64,000 bases of DNA from the NCBI RefSeq assembly GCF_009914755.1, contig NC_060931.1; one strand, given 5' to 3'. This DNA comes from the human T2T-CHM13v2.0 reference genome, Homo sapiens. The translations under genes and the position numbers were made by a program. The notes below the pieces were generated by a model. That model was not told where the DNA came from. It saw only the letters and a list, made by a program, of their open reading frames with translations, and did no database searches. Each line of letters starts with the position of its first letter. The stretch's first letter is position 1. Shown here piece by piece: positions 1-16,915 of the stretch.

Positions 1-1779
1 CAGAACCTGAGCAAGAAATGCCTGTGGGCAATTGTTCTGCGTAATTTAACCACCTCGTTCATAGTGTGGGAGAATGATGGAGCCTGACAGAACATCCAAA
101 GTGTTGGAACCACTGATTAGTAAATACTTGCAAGCTATGTCCGTACTTGGCCCTTGATGTAGCAGAGTATTGTAACACAAATTCCAAGACTGAAAGAAAT
201 TGGGAGATGCCTACTATATCCGACTATGGAGAGGTAGAAAAAAAGAACTAAAAATAAAAATACTACAATTTTGGATCATTAATTCAGCTTGCCAATTTTC
301 ACTGATAAATGATAATAAATCACAATACAAAAAATACTGCATTTATCTTTTTATTTAATCAAACTAGTTTTAAAACTGAGTTCCATCCTGTAAGACTGAT
401 GGAAGATTCAACCTTATCCTTGGGGCTCCCCTGATATAGTGGTACAAAGCTGCTAGTGTTAAGAAATGGGAATTATCTCTGGTCGAATATCTACAGTTGA
501 TACTGGCTACTGCAGGGAGGCCTGATATTTCATCGCTCTCAGAAACTCTGGTGCTGCTCCCTTTTAGGCATCGCTGAAAAAGCTGGGATTCTGGAGCCTT
601 CTCCACGAATTTCCAGAGGCTTGTGTGACTTATGGATTTCCCTCCCTCGGATCACAGAAAAACCTCCAAATGTTCTGCTTCTCCAAAGCACACCTCTTTG
701 TCCTGCCCTCACCCGACTCTAACATAATACTGTCACTGATTTTAGGAGGTGTCTACCTTATACAGCTTCTATTTTCTGCTGCAAAATACCCCTAAGGAAA
801 GAAATGACAAAGATTAACTACCAGCTTAGAGCAAAAGGATAGGGAAATATGTAGGGAGCATAAAAGCTATTTAATACGAAAATAAAATGCTGCCACAAGA
901 GTAAATAAAGAATAGTGAAAAGCTTGTCAGTAGACTTTAATTTTAATATAACCTAAGCCTAAATCCACAAGATATTTTGTCTTGTCCCATCAACGCAACC
1001 ATTCTAAGAAATCTTCAAACACATGATACAATTTTTTTCCTGTCACTTTTGTTCATTTTCCTTTGAACTCAAATTAGAATTGGCTTCATTATTCACTAGA
1101 TTTCCCTCTCCAACCTCCTTCCATCCATTCATTTCTCCTCTCTCATCTTCTGTGAATTGGCAATTGCACTGCCAAGGTAATTCCTCAGAAGTGGTACATC
1201 TTGTACTTCCTGACTCTCAATGTTTCCGGAACATTTATTGATGTAAGCTGGGTTCTGTCATAGATGCATTCCTTCACAAGTCAACCGGTGATACTTTGCT
1301 CACTAGAAACTCAGTTACCAGGTCCTCTTGATTCTACTATTGTTCACTAATTTCTTTGAAGTGGCATTTATGGTGTTTTGGTTGTCTCATACCACTTTAT
1401 CCAGAACCTTCTCTTGAAAAATCTGCCTGCCTACATGCAGATTTCCACACATTCCATCTGCACATCACATGAGTCTCTCGACAACACTAGTTTTGCTTGC
1501 TGTGGTCCTGCCCAAAAGTATTAACTCTTTCTCCGCTGCCAATAGGATTAAGTTCATGCAATTCAGCTTGGTAATTTCCAATCTGCTAGCATCTAAATTC
1601 AACATTGTTTTTCCATCTCTTTTAAAACAAAAAACAAAACCCCAGTGAATCTAGGCAAACCCTCAGGTTGCCCTCCATGCAACCTATAGATCTCCCCATC
1701 TCCCTATTTTTATGAAAGTTAGTTCTCTAGGATATAGTAGATTCTCTTTCTAAATCTGGGGAAATCCCCAATATTCTCT

Positions 1780-2112
1780 AAGTTCAGGTCAGTGCCTGCC
1801 TTCTCCCAAATGTGCTTTACAACTTTCTTTTTAGAGGCAGTGGCTTCTTTCGTCCAAAAACTCCCAGCTTTGCTTGTCTGTAACCATTCATTGTTTCTTT
1901 GAAATATATACTTGCTTTAGACTTCTTGGTATTGTCTGACATTTTAAAATCATTCATATTATTAAGTTTTACCTCTGTGTCTATAGCCTCCCCAACTAGA
2001 CTGTAAACTTTGAGTATGAGGCTATGATTCTTTGTATGCCCCCACTCAGAGCTCTGCATAGCCTATGAAACTCTCCTCTTTTCCTCCCATTAAGAGATAT
2101 GAAATGAATGAA
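1780..2112 (+). mobile_element. L2 LINE 3' remnant
   Basis: CTAGACTGTAAACTTTGAG... resembles the L2 3' end and finishes in GAAATGAATGAA; boundaries approximate. Confidence 0.45.
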
Positions 2113-3365
2113 CAGCCACACATTACACCATAGTCTGGTGACTATAGCAGAGAGTTTAGAGATGAAAATGTCTCCGGTGTTAACATAAAATAAGTTGCAC
2201 TCTTATGTCTAAATACAGCCATTTGATTCATTTATAATTTTCACATAATGCTATTTTTAAATGTGTTCTATTAATATATACATAGGTGTTTTTTATACAT
2301 AAAGCTATTAAAGTGCCTATTATAAGTACAATGGCTAAGCACATGTCCTAATCTTTCACAGAGTTAGAGAAAAGGATCCCACATTACCCTGAAACAAAGA
2401 AAGTAGTAATTTACCTGGTAGAGGCAATGTCTATCCTCCAACAGAAGGGAAAAACAATCCCTCCAACAACTGACATTCAATTTAATTTTTAAAAATAGTT
2501 CATACGCATGTAAAACATATTTGAATTATCCATTTGTCAAAGCGTAAAACTCAAAAAACTTATTTCTTCTCTCCAGAATGGCACCATTGCACATTTCTCC
2601 TCCAGAGCAATTCTGGTGGATGTATCTGGCAGCCAAACATGAAAGTGTGGGTGCTGTGGTGCTGGCAGCCAGCCCAGCATTTAACCCTGCTGTTTTAGAA
2701 TGTCATAAAATAAGCACAATTTAATCTTTTCAAATCATTTGGTCAGTGGCTGTGATTTCCGCAGAAAATAACTTCAAAGAAGACAGGCACCTTTGTTGAT
2801 GCGTGTTTAAGTGCCTTGAGTGCCAATGCATTTAAGAATAGGTAGCGAAAACCTCAAAGCCTGGAACACATTCTTGGGATTAGATACCAAGAGGATGTGT
2901 AGGCTGGCCTATTAAATTTCTCTGGTAGTAAGGATGTGCTCAAGTTGATATAATTAAGAGAAAGAGTCATCCAAAAAAAATAGTAATCACAAGTGACTAG
3001 ACACTGCTTGTTGTAATGTATCAAAGCAGAGATGTTGATATAGGGCAGAGAAATCAGCATATAAAATATTAATGTTTACTTCTGATATGGGCTGGGGGAG
3101 TGCTTTTCTTTATGACATGGGTCTGAAATGCATATAGCATCATTTTTTTTTTTAAGTTCAGGGATGCACATGCAGAATGTGCAGGTTTGTTACACAGGTA
3201 TACATGTGCCATGATGGTTTGCTGAACCTGTCGATCTGTCATCTGGGTTTTAAACTCCACATGCATTCAGTATTTCTCCTAATGCTCTCCCTCTCCTGGA
3301 CCCCCAACCCCCAACAGGCCCTGGTGTGTGAGGTTCCCTTCCCTGTGTTCGTGTGTTCTCATTGT

Positions 3366-7145
<3,780 letters not shown>

Positions 7146-7229
7146 CATGATGCTAGCTGGTTATTTTGCACATTAGTTGACGCAGTTTCTTCCTAATGTC
7201 ATTGGTCTTTATATTTTGGTGTGTTTTGC

Positions 7230-8236
7230 AGTGACTGATAACAGTTTTTCCTTTCCATATTTAGTGCTTCCCTTAGGAGCTCTTGTAAGACAGGCCTGGT
7301 GGCAACAAAATCCCTCAGCATTTCTTGTCTGGAAAGGATTTTACTCCTCATTTGCTTATGAAGCTTAGTTTGACTGGATTTGAAATTCTGCATTGAAAAT
7401 TCTTTAAGAACATTGAATACTGGCCCCCACTCTCTTGTGGCTTGTAGGATTTCTGCAGAGTGATCTGCTGTTAGTCTGACTGGCTTCCCTTTGTAGGTGA
7501 CCTGATTCTTCTGACAGTGCTTAACATTTTTTCCTTCATTTCAACCTTGGAAAATCTGAAGATTAGGTGTCTTGGGGTTGATCTTCTCATGGAGTATCTT
7601 AGAGTTCTCCATATTTCCTGAATTTGAATGTTGGCCTGTCTTGCTAGGTTGGGGAAGTTCTCCTGGATAATATCCTGAAGTGTGTTTTCCAACTTGGTTC
7701 CATTCTCCCCGTCACTTTCAGGTATACCAATCAATCATAGGCATAATCATTTGGTCTTTTCACATAGTCCCATATTTCTTGTAGGCTTTGTTCATTCCTT
7801 TTCATTCTTTTTTTCTCTAATCTTGTCTGCATGCCTTTTTTTCAGCTAGGTGGTTTTCAATCTGTGATATTCTTTCTTCCGCTTGATCTGTTTGGCTACT
7901 GACATTTGTGTATGCTTCACGAAGTTCTCGTGTTGTGTTTTTCCTCTCCATCAGGTCATTTATGTTACTCTCTAAACTGATTATTCTAGTCAGCAGTTCC
8001 TATAGCCTTTTATCAAGGTTCTTACCTTCCTTGCATTGGGTTAGAACACGCTCCTTTAGCTCAGAGGAGTTTGTTATTACCCACCTTCTGAAGCCTACTT
8101 CTGTCAATTCATCAGCCTCATTCTCCGTCCAGTTTTGTTTCCTTGCTGGAGAGGAGTTGTGATCATTTGGTGGAGAAGAAGCATTCTGGCTTTTGGAATT
8201 TTCAGCACTTTTGTGCTGCTTTTTCCTCATCTTCAT
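7230..8236 (-). pseudogene. Disrupted L1 ORF1 (RNA-binding protein)
   Basis: Fragments MRKKQHKSAENSKSQNASSPP, IGIPESDGENGTKLENTLQDIIQENFPNLARQ, LRDFVATRPVLQELL; 3' boundary approximate. Confidence 0.9.
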
Positions 8237-8584
8237 GGATTTATCTACCTTTGATCTTTGAGGATGATGACCTTTGGATGGGGTTTTTGTTGAGGGGGGG
8301 TCTTTTTTGTTGATGCGGCTGCTGCTGTTGTTGCTTTCTGTTTGTCAGTTTTTCTTCTTACAGCCAGGCCCCTCTTCTGCAGGTCTGCTGCAGTTCATTG
8401 GAGGTCCACTCCAGACTCCATTCACCTGGGTGTCACCAGTGGAGGCTGCAGATCAGCAAAGATTGCTGCCTGCTCCTTCCTCTGTAAGCTTCATCCCAGA
8501 GGCGCACTGGCCTGATGCCAGCTGGAGCTCTCCTGTGTGAGGCAGTTCTCCTGTCTTGCTGGGGTTCCAGGTGCCACTGGGGTA

Positions 8585-8893
8585 TGAAGAATGTCATTGG
8601 CATTTTAATAGGGATTGAATTTAATCTGTAGATTGCTTTGGGTAGTATGGACATTTTAACAATATTGATTCTTCCCATCCATGAACATGGAATGGCTTTC
8701 CATTTTTTGTGTCCCCTTCAATTTACTTCGTCAGCGTTTTATAGATTTCATTGTAGAGATCTTTCACTTTTTTAGTTAAATTTATTCTAGGTGCTTTATT
8801 TTATCTGTAACTATAGTAAATGAGATTACTTTCTTGATTTCTTTTTCAGATTGTTGACTGCTGGCATAAAGAAATGCCAGTAATTTATGTATG
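8585..8893 (-). mobile_element. Older L1 (L1MA/L1PB-type) ORF2 fragment, non-inverted part of a 5'-inverted insertion
   Basis: Minus strand encodes [30 protein letters not shown]. Confidence 0.88.
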
Positions 8894-9295
8894 ACCATTT
8901 CAATTGATGGTGGAAAAGTATTCAATGAAATTTAGCACCTCTTCATGATTAAAAACTCAAAAAACTGGGCATAGAAGGAACATGCCTCAACATGATAAAA
9001 GCCATATATATGACAGACCCACATATAATATACTGAGTGAGAAAAAACTGAAAGACTTTTCCCTAAAATCTGGAACAAAATCATGACTTTCACTACTGTA
9101 ATTAACACAGTACTAGAATTCCTAGCTAAAGCACTTCAACAAGAGGAAGAAATAGAGCACCCAATTGGAATGAAAGAAGTCAAATTATCCTCATTTGCTG
9201 ACTATATGGTCTTAGATGTAGAAAAACCTAAAGATTCCACTTAAAAGAAACTATTAGAATTGGTAAATTCACTACAGTTGTATAGGATACAAAAT
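8890..9295 (+). mobile_element. Older L1 ORF2 fragment, inverted 5' part of the same insertion
   Basis: Plus-strand RT region from ...ATTTCAATTGATG to GGATACAAAAT, immediately upstream in L1 coordinates of the 8585-8893 piece. Confidence 0.85.
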
Positions 9296-10007
9296 ATATG
9301 TGCTTTTATATATCTTGTCACCTTATAGTCATTATAGAAAATTTGTTCTATAAAATAAGTATTTTAAGTTTAGCAACAATTGCTGCAAAGAAATGTTATG
9401 TAAATAAAGATTATTAGATTATTAAATGTTACCCTTTCTAAGCCTTTTCTATTTGCATGGCAATAGGAAATTCTTTTCTAAGAACAAATCTATTGAAATT
9501 TTCTCTTGCAGGCAATAGAACTAATACCTCTATATTTCTGTTTCAGAGGAGAAATAGTCTTTTAGCTGAGCAACAATATATCGACCGAAATTTAGCTTTG
9601 TTTGCAGGATATAAGAATAAATTTGAATGGACCTTTGAAATAAAACCTAAGGGAAAATGAAGTGAAGATGTAATAAAACAAAAGCCGAGTTAATTATTCA
9701 GAAATAAGAAAAACAATAGAATTGAATACACAAAAAAACTCTGGTTCTTTTGTGGGGGCATAATAAAATGGATTAAATATTAACTAGAAATATCAAGAAA
9801 AATAAGAACACATATTGAGAAGGAATAAAATTATTTCTAAATAGAATATTTAAAATTCTAACAGAAAATTCAGTGTAACATAAAAATTATTTTGAAACCA
9901 TGGATCAATTGATTATTTTATGAAAAGTATAAATTACCAAATTGATTAAAGATATAAAGAATTGAATGAGACAATATCTATGAAGGAACTTAAAAAGTTT
10001 ATTAAAG

Positions 10008-10324
<317 letters not shown>

Positions 10325-10329
10325 TCACA

Positions 10330-10481
10330 TCAGGACAAATAGCTAATTCATGTGGGGCTTAAAACCTAGATGGCCGGTAGATAGGTGCAGCAAACCACCC
10401 TGGTACATATATAACTATGTAACAAACCTGCACGTTTTGCACATGTATCCCAGAACTTAAAGTTTAAAAAAAAAAAAAAAA
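10330..10481 (+). mobile_element. Severely 5'-truncated L1PA (L1PA7/8-like) 3' end with poly-A
   Basis: GGGCTTAAAACCTAGATG...GTAACAAACCTGCAC...CAGAACTTAAAG plus A-tail; 16-bp TSD AAAGAACTAGCTCACA at 10314-10329 and 10482-10497. Confidence 0.93.
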
Positions 10482-13400
10482 AAAGAACTAGCTCACAAGG
10501 AACCTAAGTACAGTTTGTAGAAACCCTTAGGAACAACAGGAAAAATCACTTGTCATGTGAGTATCTCAAAGCATAAAAGAAGCCTATATCATACCAAAAG
10601 GAAATTAAATTCCAATATGACTCAGTTTATCCAATCTAATAAAATAGCATATAATAAAAATATTATAATCTAACTGTGATATACAAAATCCAACAATATA
10701 TTTCAATAACTTAAGAATTTCTTTCATGAAGAGTAAGGATATTTGGTATTAGGAAATTTATTAATAAGCTTCGCTACATTAATATGTTAAATAATAAAAA
10801 CGGCATATGCACCTTAATATAAATGGATAATCATCTGATAAGATTCAATACCCATTACTAAATCAGAAATATGTAAAAAGTCTTTAACAAGTCAAAATAA
10901 TTTTCCTATCACAAACCAATAAGAATATACTTTAGGGTAAAAGTTTAATTTTAAGGAGTACTAGAGTTAGAATTAGCATAAGGGTATCAGTTATCATCAC
11001 TATTATTTTATTTTTCCATAAGAAGTCAACAAATCAGTAAATGCATAAAAAACCAACAAAGAAAGGATGAAACAGAATTTTAATTATTTATAGATTGTAT
11101 AATAGTATCTATACAAAAGTATAATTACTATGCAGGTTAAAAATTATAACACATTTCAATACAGTAGCCACTAGCAAAATAAATTATTCTTCTCTACCAA
11201 CAGTAACCAAATGTAAAATATATATTTCATCTATAAAATTGGTAAAAATACAGCATACTTATAAGTAAACATTTTAGAAAATAGCTAATACCCATATGAA
11301 TGTGATTATAAAAAATCTACTGAAGAACAGTAAAGAGATCTTGAATGGAGATACCTATTGTATCTCAAATAGTAATAGTATATTTTTTACAAGATTTCAA
11401 AATATCAGTTATTCCTAAGTTAATGTAAAAACTCAATGCATTCCTAATGAAAGCAGACATTTGTCTCTGGTCTCAAATCAAACATGAGTAAAGCTAAGAA
11501 AATTATTTGAAATAAAAGCAATGAGTGTGACAAATCCTATGTAACATTAAATTTTACTTTAAAGTTAAAGTGATTGGAAACATTTGATATTGATACAGAA
11601 ACAAACATATCAATGGCATACAATAGAGAATCTAAAAATAGATGCAAGCACACATGGGAAATTCATATACATAAAAGTTGACATTTCTAAGTAGTCTAGA
11701 TCATTCATCAAATGACAGTGGGCCAACTGGCTTGCATTTGGAAAAAAATAAAATAAACTTGGAAAATAAATCTGAACACCTACTTTTACTTTCACTAAAA
11801 TAAATCTCAAATTGACTTCAAAGTGTTACACATGTAAAAAACAACAAACATACTAAAAAAATCATTTGTAAATATCTTTCATCTTTGAGGTAGGGAAGCT
11901 TTTTTAAGCATGTTACAAAATTCAAAAACACAAGAAAAAAACAATTTTAAAATATAAATTATGCAAGCAAAACAAAATTGTAAAGACTTAAAAAGTTTGA
12001 AAGAAAAAAATATGATAGCCAAATGGTCAATAATTACAATCGAGAAAAAACATCCCATGAGTCATAAAGTAAGCAAAGAACAACACAAAAGAAAATTTAG
12101 CAAATTTCCTGACATGGCATTTTAGAGTCAAAGACTTTTGATGACCTAAAAACATATGATCAGATTACTTATTTCAACAATACAACAATATTATGAGTAC
12201 AAACAATAAAATATTGTGGCACTATGGCTGGAAAATGTTTTTAAATAATAAGAAAACTTGGCAGAATTTATCAAAACTTCAATTGTGCATATTTTGACCC
12301 CCTAATTCCAATTCTAAATATTCTTTACAAATACACAGGTGCAAAGATTTCTATATGTACTTAATATGTACAGATTTTATAATAGGTAGTGATTTTATAT
12401 TGTTGGTAGAGAAGAATAAAATATTTATAAAACCTAAAAATAACCTAAACATTGTTCAATAAGGAAAGAACTAAATAAATTAGCATATGTACTACATAAT
12501 ACACAGATATTAAAAGTAACATGAAGATATATATGATACATTTTCAAGTGAAGAAAACAATGTTGAAGAATAAAATATAGAATAAGATTGTATTTATGAC
12601 TAATTAGTAGTATTTATATTAAGGAAACATGCTCAAACAGAAATGCTTGGAAATCCACAGCATGCATAGTAGAGAGGAGAGTGAGATCAGTGTGTGAGTG
12701 TGGGGCATGGCGGAGCAAAGAGAAGGATGGTGAAAATGGCCTTGTAATCTTTTTCGATATAGTTCTGGGTTGCTAGAAGTTTTTTTGTATGAATATGTAC
12801 TATTTGCATTATTTTAAAAAGAAAAGAAGAAAAATGAGAGGGGTTGCTATAATACCTATGTTTGTATAAGAGTAAAAAACCAGGCATCCTCTGACAATTT
12901 TATAACAATGTAAGTTGTTAGAATTTTTTGGAAAGCGTTTGGTAGCATCCATGAATTGAGTAATGTTCATACACATTGAGCCAATCATGATATATTCAAA
13001 AATTACACAATAGCTATATAGGCCCAAGTGAACAAAACTGTTTGAAAGAATGCTCATTAAATAATGGTTTTTAATATTTAAAATTTAGAAACAATCTAAA
13101 TATTTGACCAGTAAAGAATTGGTTAAACAAATTATAGTAAGTTTATTTATTAAAAGGATATACTGCAATATTTAAAGTATTAAAGCATATTTCTGTGTAT
13201 TAGCAGAAGTGGCCCATGAATTATTAAGCAAAAGCAAGAAATTGGAGGACCTGACTTAAAATTTGATCATTTCTGTAAATTGATAATAGTAACATTATTT
13301 ACATAACAATGAGAACTATCAGTCTCTACTTTGTTAATGTATAATAAAAAATCAGCATTAGTATACACTAATCTGTTTACATATATATAAACCTCTGTTA

Positions 13401-13711
13401 TATTTGAAGGGTAACATTAAAGGGGTGCCCTGAATTTCTGCTCTCATATTGATAAATTCTAATGAGCATTTATTACTCTTATAATCAGAAAAATGAAGCT
13501 GTATTATAAATGATAATTTAAAAACACCTCTTTTTAGTTTGGATGTCTATACAAACACATTACTAACAGGAAGGGTAACTTGACTGGTGAAATTAAGTAT
13601 GGTGTCTTTGCCATAAAGCAAATCAAAGTTATTCTAATATATGTGAATACCTATGAATACGACATAATTTCTGTTCAAATATAAATATCCACGAGCTTAA
13701 ATATTGTCTAT

Positions 13712-13774
13712 TTACACACACCACAGCAATAACTCAGGTGACATTCATAAGTAGATATGCCTGAAATTATTTTC
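13712..13774 (+). repeat. Dispersed 63-bp direct repeat, copy 1 (partner 15064-15126)
   Basis: 56/63 identical, ungapped. Confidence 0.9.
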
Positions 13775-14094
13775 AAGGAAATTACTTTATTTCTCTGTAG
13801 CTCTGTGCAATATCACTGTAAACAATTTCATTGATGCCCAGGTCCTAAAGTTGGTATTGTTTTCTCATTCAGTAACATAAAAATAGAATGACAAGGTTTT
13901 TCACCCTTACCTCCCTTGGCTATGGTTGAGAATTTTCTTTTCACAGAACTTCAAATGTGAAAATAAATGAGCTACAATAGTGTTAACCAACCCATATTTT
14001 TCACCGTATGCATTATTGGCACACTCTTAAACATTAATTGCTCAGATTTTCTGGGAAGAAACGGTTCTGAATTTCAAATCTTCTATGCTAGTTA

Positions 14095-14250
14095 TCTGAA
14101 ATGTTTCCAACACAAACAAATAATACATATTTGAGGTGATGAATATCTTAATTATCCTGATTTGATTTTTACACATTGTATGCACACATCAAAATATCAC
14201 ATGTAACCCATAAATATGTACAATTATGTACCAATTAAAAATGTTAAAAA
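14095..14250 (+). mobile_element. L1MA 3' terminal fragment
   Basis: TGAGGTGATGAATATCTTAATTATCCTGATTTGAT...CATAAATATGTACAATTATG...AATTAAAAA. Confidence 0.8.
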
Positions 14251-14803
14251 AGAAACCTTGTTCTCATATGATTTTATGACATTTAATCTGAAATACTTGA
14301 GCATAATATTAAAAAAGAAAATTTTATATTATCTTATCTCAAACTTTGGCCATAATGAAAATATCTAATCATTTTTACTTTGAGTTAAAGAAAAAATAAT
14401 ATAAAAATTTTTAGTTTGGTAAGGTACACTTTAAATATAAGAAATTAAAGTAAAACTATGAACTAAATCTAATTGAGGTTGAGACATACATCATTTAAAT
14501 CAAAGTGTTAAATAGCTAATGTTAAATATTTAATTTAGAATTAATTTAAAATGGGCTATAAATGCCTATTTAACATGATCTCTTTGAATATATGTTTAGT
14601 GAAAAGACTACCTTAATAATATTTATGTTTTATTGTTTAATTTGGAGTTAGTTCTCGAGATTTTAGGTATCCTAGACATGTAATAATTACGCACCTTAAA
14701 AGCCGAACTAATTTTTATTTTACACAAAGTCACACAGGAAGGCAAAAACTCTAAAACTTCAAAAACTCTAAAATCCATGCTGATAATACAAATAACACCA
14801 GGA

Positions 14804-15049
14804 ATCTGGGCACAGTAGCTAATCCCAGCACTTTGGGAGGCCAAGGTGGTTGGATCACCCAAGATCAGGATTTCGAGAACAACCTGACCAACATGATAAA
14901 AACCTGTCTCTACTAAACATACAAAAATTAGCTGGGCGTGGTGGCGCATCGCCTGAACCCAGGAGGTGGAAGTTGCAGCAAGTCAAGACCGCACCATTGC
15001 ACTCCAGCCTGAGCAACAAGAGAGAAACTCTGTCTCAAAAAAAAAAAAA
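14804..15049 (+). mobile_element. AluS (Sq/Sp-like) with internal deletions
   Basis: Alu left arm, linker, right arm with GCAACAAGAGAGAAACT, A-tail; segments missing at ~14820 and ~14950; no TSD seen. Confidence 0.9.
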
Positions 15050-15063
15050 GGTGGTAATGGGTA

Positions 15064-15126
15064 TTACATACATCACAGCAATAACTCAGGTGATGTTCAT
15101 AAGTAGGGATGCCTCAAATTATTTTC
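15064..15126 (+). repeat. Dispersed 63-bp direct repeat, copy 2
   Basis: Matches 13712-13774. Confidence 0.9.
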
Positions 15127-15229
15127 CTGGGCAACAAGAGGGAAACTTTTTGGAGGTTTTATGTTACAAAAGTCAAAGGTTGCAAAGTAAGATATATGGA
15201 TTACCATTCCTTTTGTACCAATTATTTAA

Positions 15230-15356
15230 TCATATACATAATTTCACATGTGCATGTATACAAACATATACACACACATACTGCATTTTATGTGTTTACA
15301 TATATATAATGTGTATGTCTACATATATATAGCATGCACGCACATACACATACATG
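15230..15356. repeat. Degenerate (TA/CA/TG)n low-complexity tract
   Basis: Alternating purine-pyrimidine run. Confidence 0.7.
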
Positions 15357-16809
15357 CCTAATCATGCACCTCCTGGACTCTAGAATCAAATTGCCATCTC
15401 TCCAGCACAATCACACTCACTTAACAGTTTAAAGAGTAGGGTATGCCATTCTTTAATAAGGCTGTTTTTAAATTTTGAATCATTTCCTCTAGATTTGCAT
15501 GGCAAAATATATTTTTTAATATTTATATTTTTAAAATACTGAATGGCCTTATTAGCTGCAAGCTATAAATGCCACAAAACAGATTTGGAAATTGGAACGC
15601 ACCCAACATAAATGGTTACCAACAGCGAATGGGAAGGCATAAGAAACAGGGCAGTAAAGCCACCACACAATATGAGGAAAATCATTAAACGATCTGGAAA
15701 AGTATCAAGATGGCTGGCCTCTTTGTAGTTCCAGCACAAAGACTGAGCCTTATTTCTAAATATTTTCCCTGGTGGGGAATAACAGCTTGAAAATAATCCC
15801 AGATGTATTCATTTGCGTAACTATTTGCTTCTTGCAGCATATAGGCATGGAAAAATTATTTAAGGTTTCAATTCTGGACTTGTATTTTTTAAATGTCAGG
15901 CTTTTGAAAAATAGCACCATTTTTCTTTAAAACCGTTCATTTACCTGGAATGTTGGCCAGCAGGCCTATAATATGGACTTGGTTTTGTTAAGATTGAAAA
16001 AATGCCCAATGGCAAGAGAGGAATAGGCAATTTTAGTGGATAAAACTAAATTTGAACCCAAACTCATCTGAGCAACTGTCCAAGCAGAGTATAAAACAGT
16101 GTTTTTACAATTCTCTGAGCCGGCCAAGGAATTCTAGATCCCGTTAAAGAAACATAAATTTAGAGAAAGAAAGTAATCTAGAAAGGTTTCTTTAAAGATA
16201 CTGAAAACAGCATATTTAAAATAAAGTTTAAGGCAGAAGTCAACTTTACACTCAGGCACTTTTTTCCTTAAAAGTATTCTCTCATTTGAGATGATTCTAG
16301 ATAGTGAGACAAGAGCTCCCAAAACTAAAATTCACTTTCATAAAACTATTTTAACACAAAGATAGATTAAATGGATTCACAGTTCTCTATCAACTGTTGA
16401 GAAATTTATTTAAACTCAACATTTTGAAGTCCTAAACACATATAATTTTAAAACAATTTTGCTTAAATATATGTGTAACATGGCCTCACTTCTGCAAATG
16501 ATCTGTTAAGTATCAGTTCTGTTTTCTACATTTGAGAATACATTATTTTCTTAAAGCAGGGTCTCTTGTAAGTGTGAGGAGTGTGTGTGTGAGAGAGAGT
16601 GTGTGTATAGAGAGAAAGATTATTATCAGCGTCTTTTTTCTTTCACTTATTTTTTTTTAATTTTAAAGGATACCAGGAATTTAAATAATTGAGTGAAATT
16701 AGCAAAATTTTTAGTAAGCATTCCAGTGCTAAAATAAATGTTGGTGGTTTTTGTTTTAAAATTACACTGTTATTTAGAATGTGAAGGTGTGTGTTTGAAT
16801 CCACCATCC

Positions 16810-16915
16810 ATTTTACAAATATTTAATGAGCACTATGGTATGCAGTGTCAGGCAGTCTAACAACTAGGATTTTAACCGTGGTAATGTAAATACGGTGCAT
16901 TGGTCCTCCAAAATG
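16810..16915 (-). mobile_element. L2 3' fragment
   Basis: ACAAATATTTAATGAGCACTATG...GTGTCAGGCA pattern. Confidence 0.5.

Noticed and set aside
14850-15332. 160-aa ORF
   Set aside because: Reads through an Alu, its A-tail and a TA/CA tract; no protein homology
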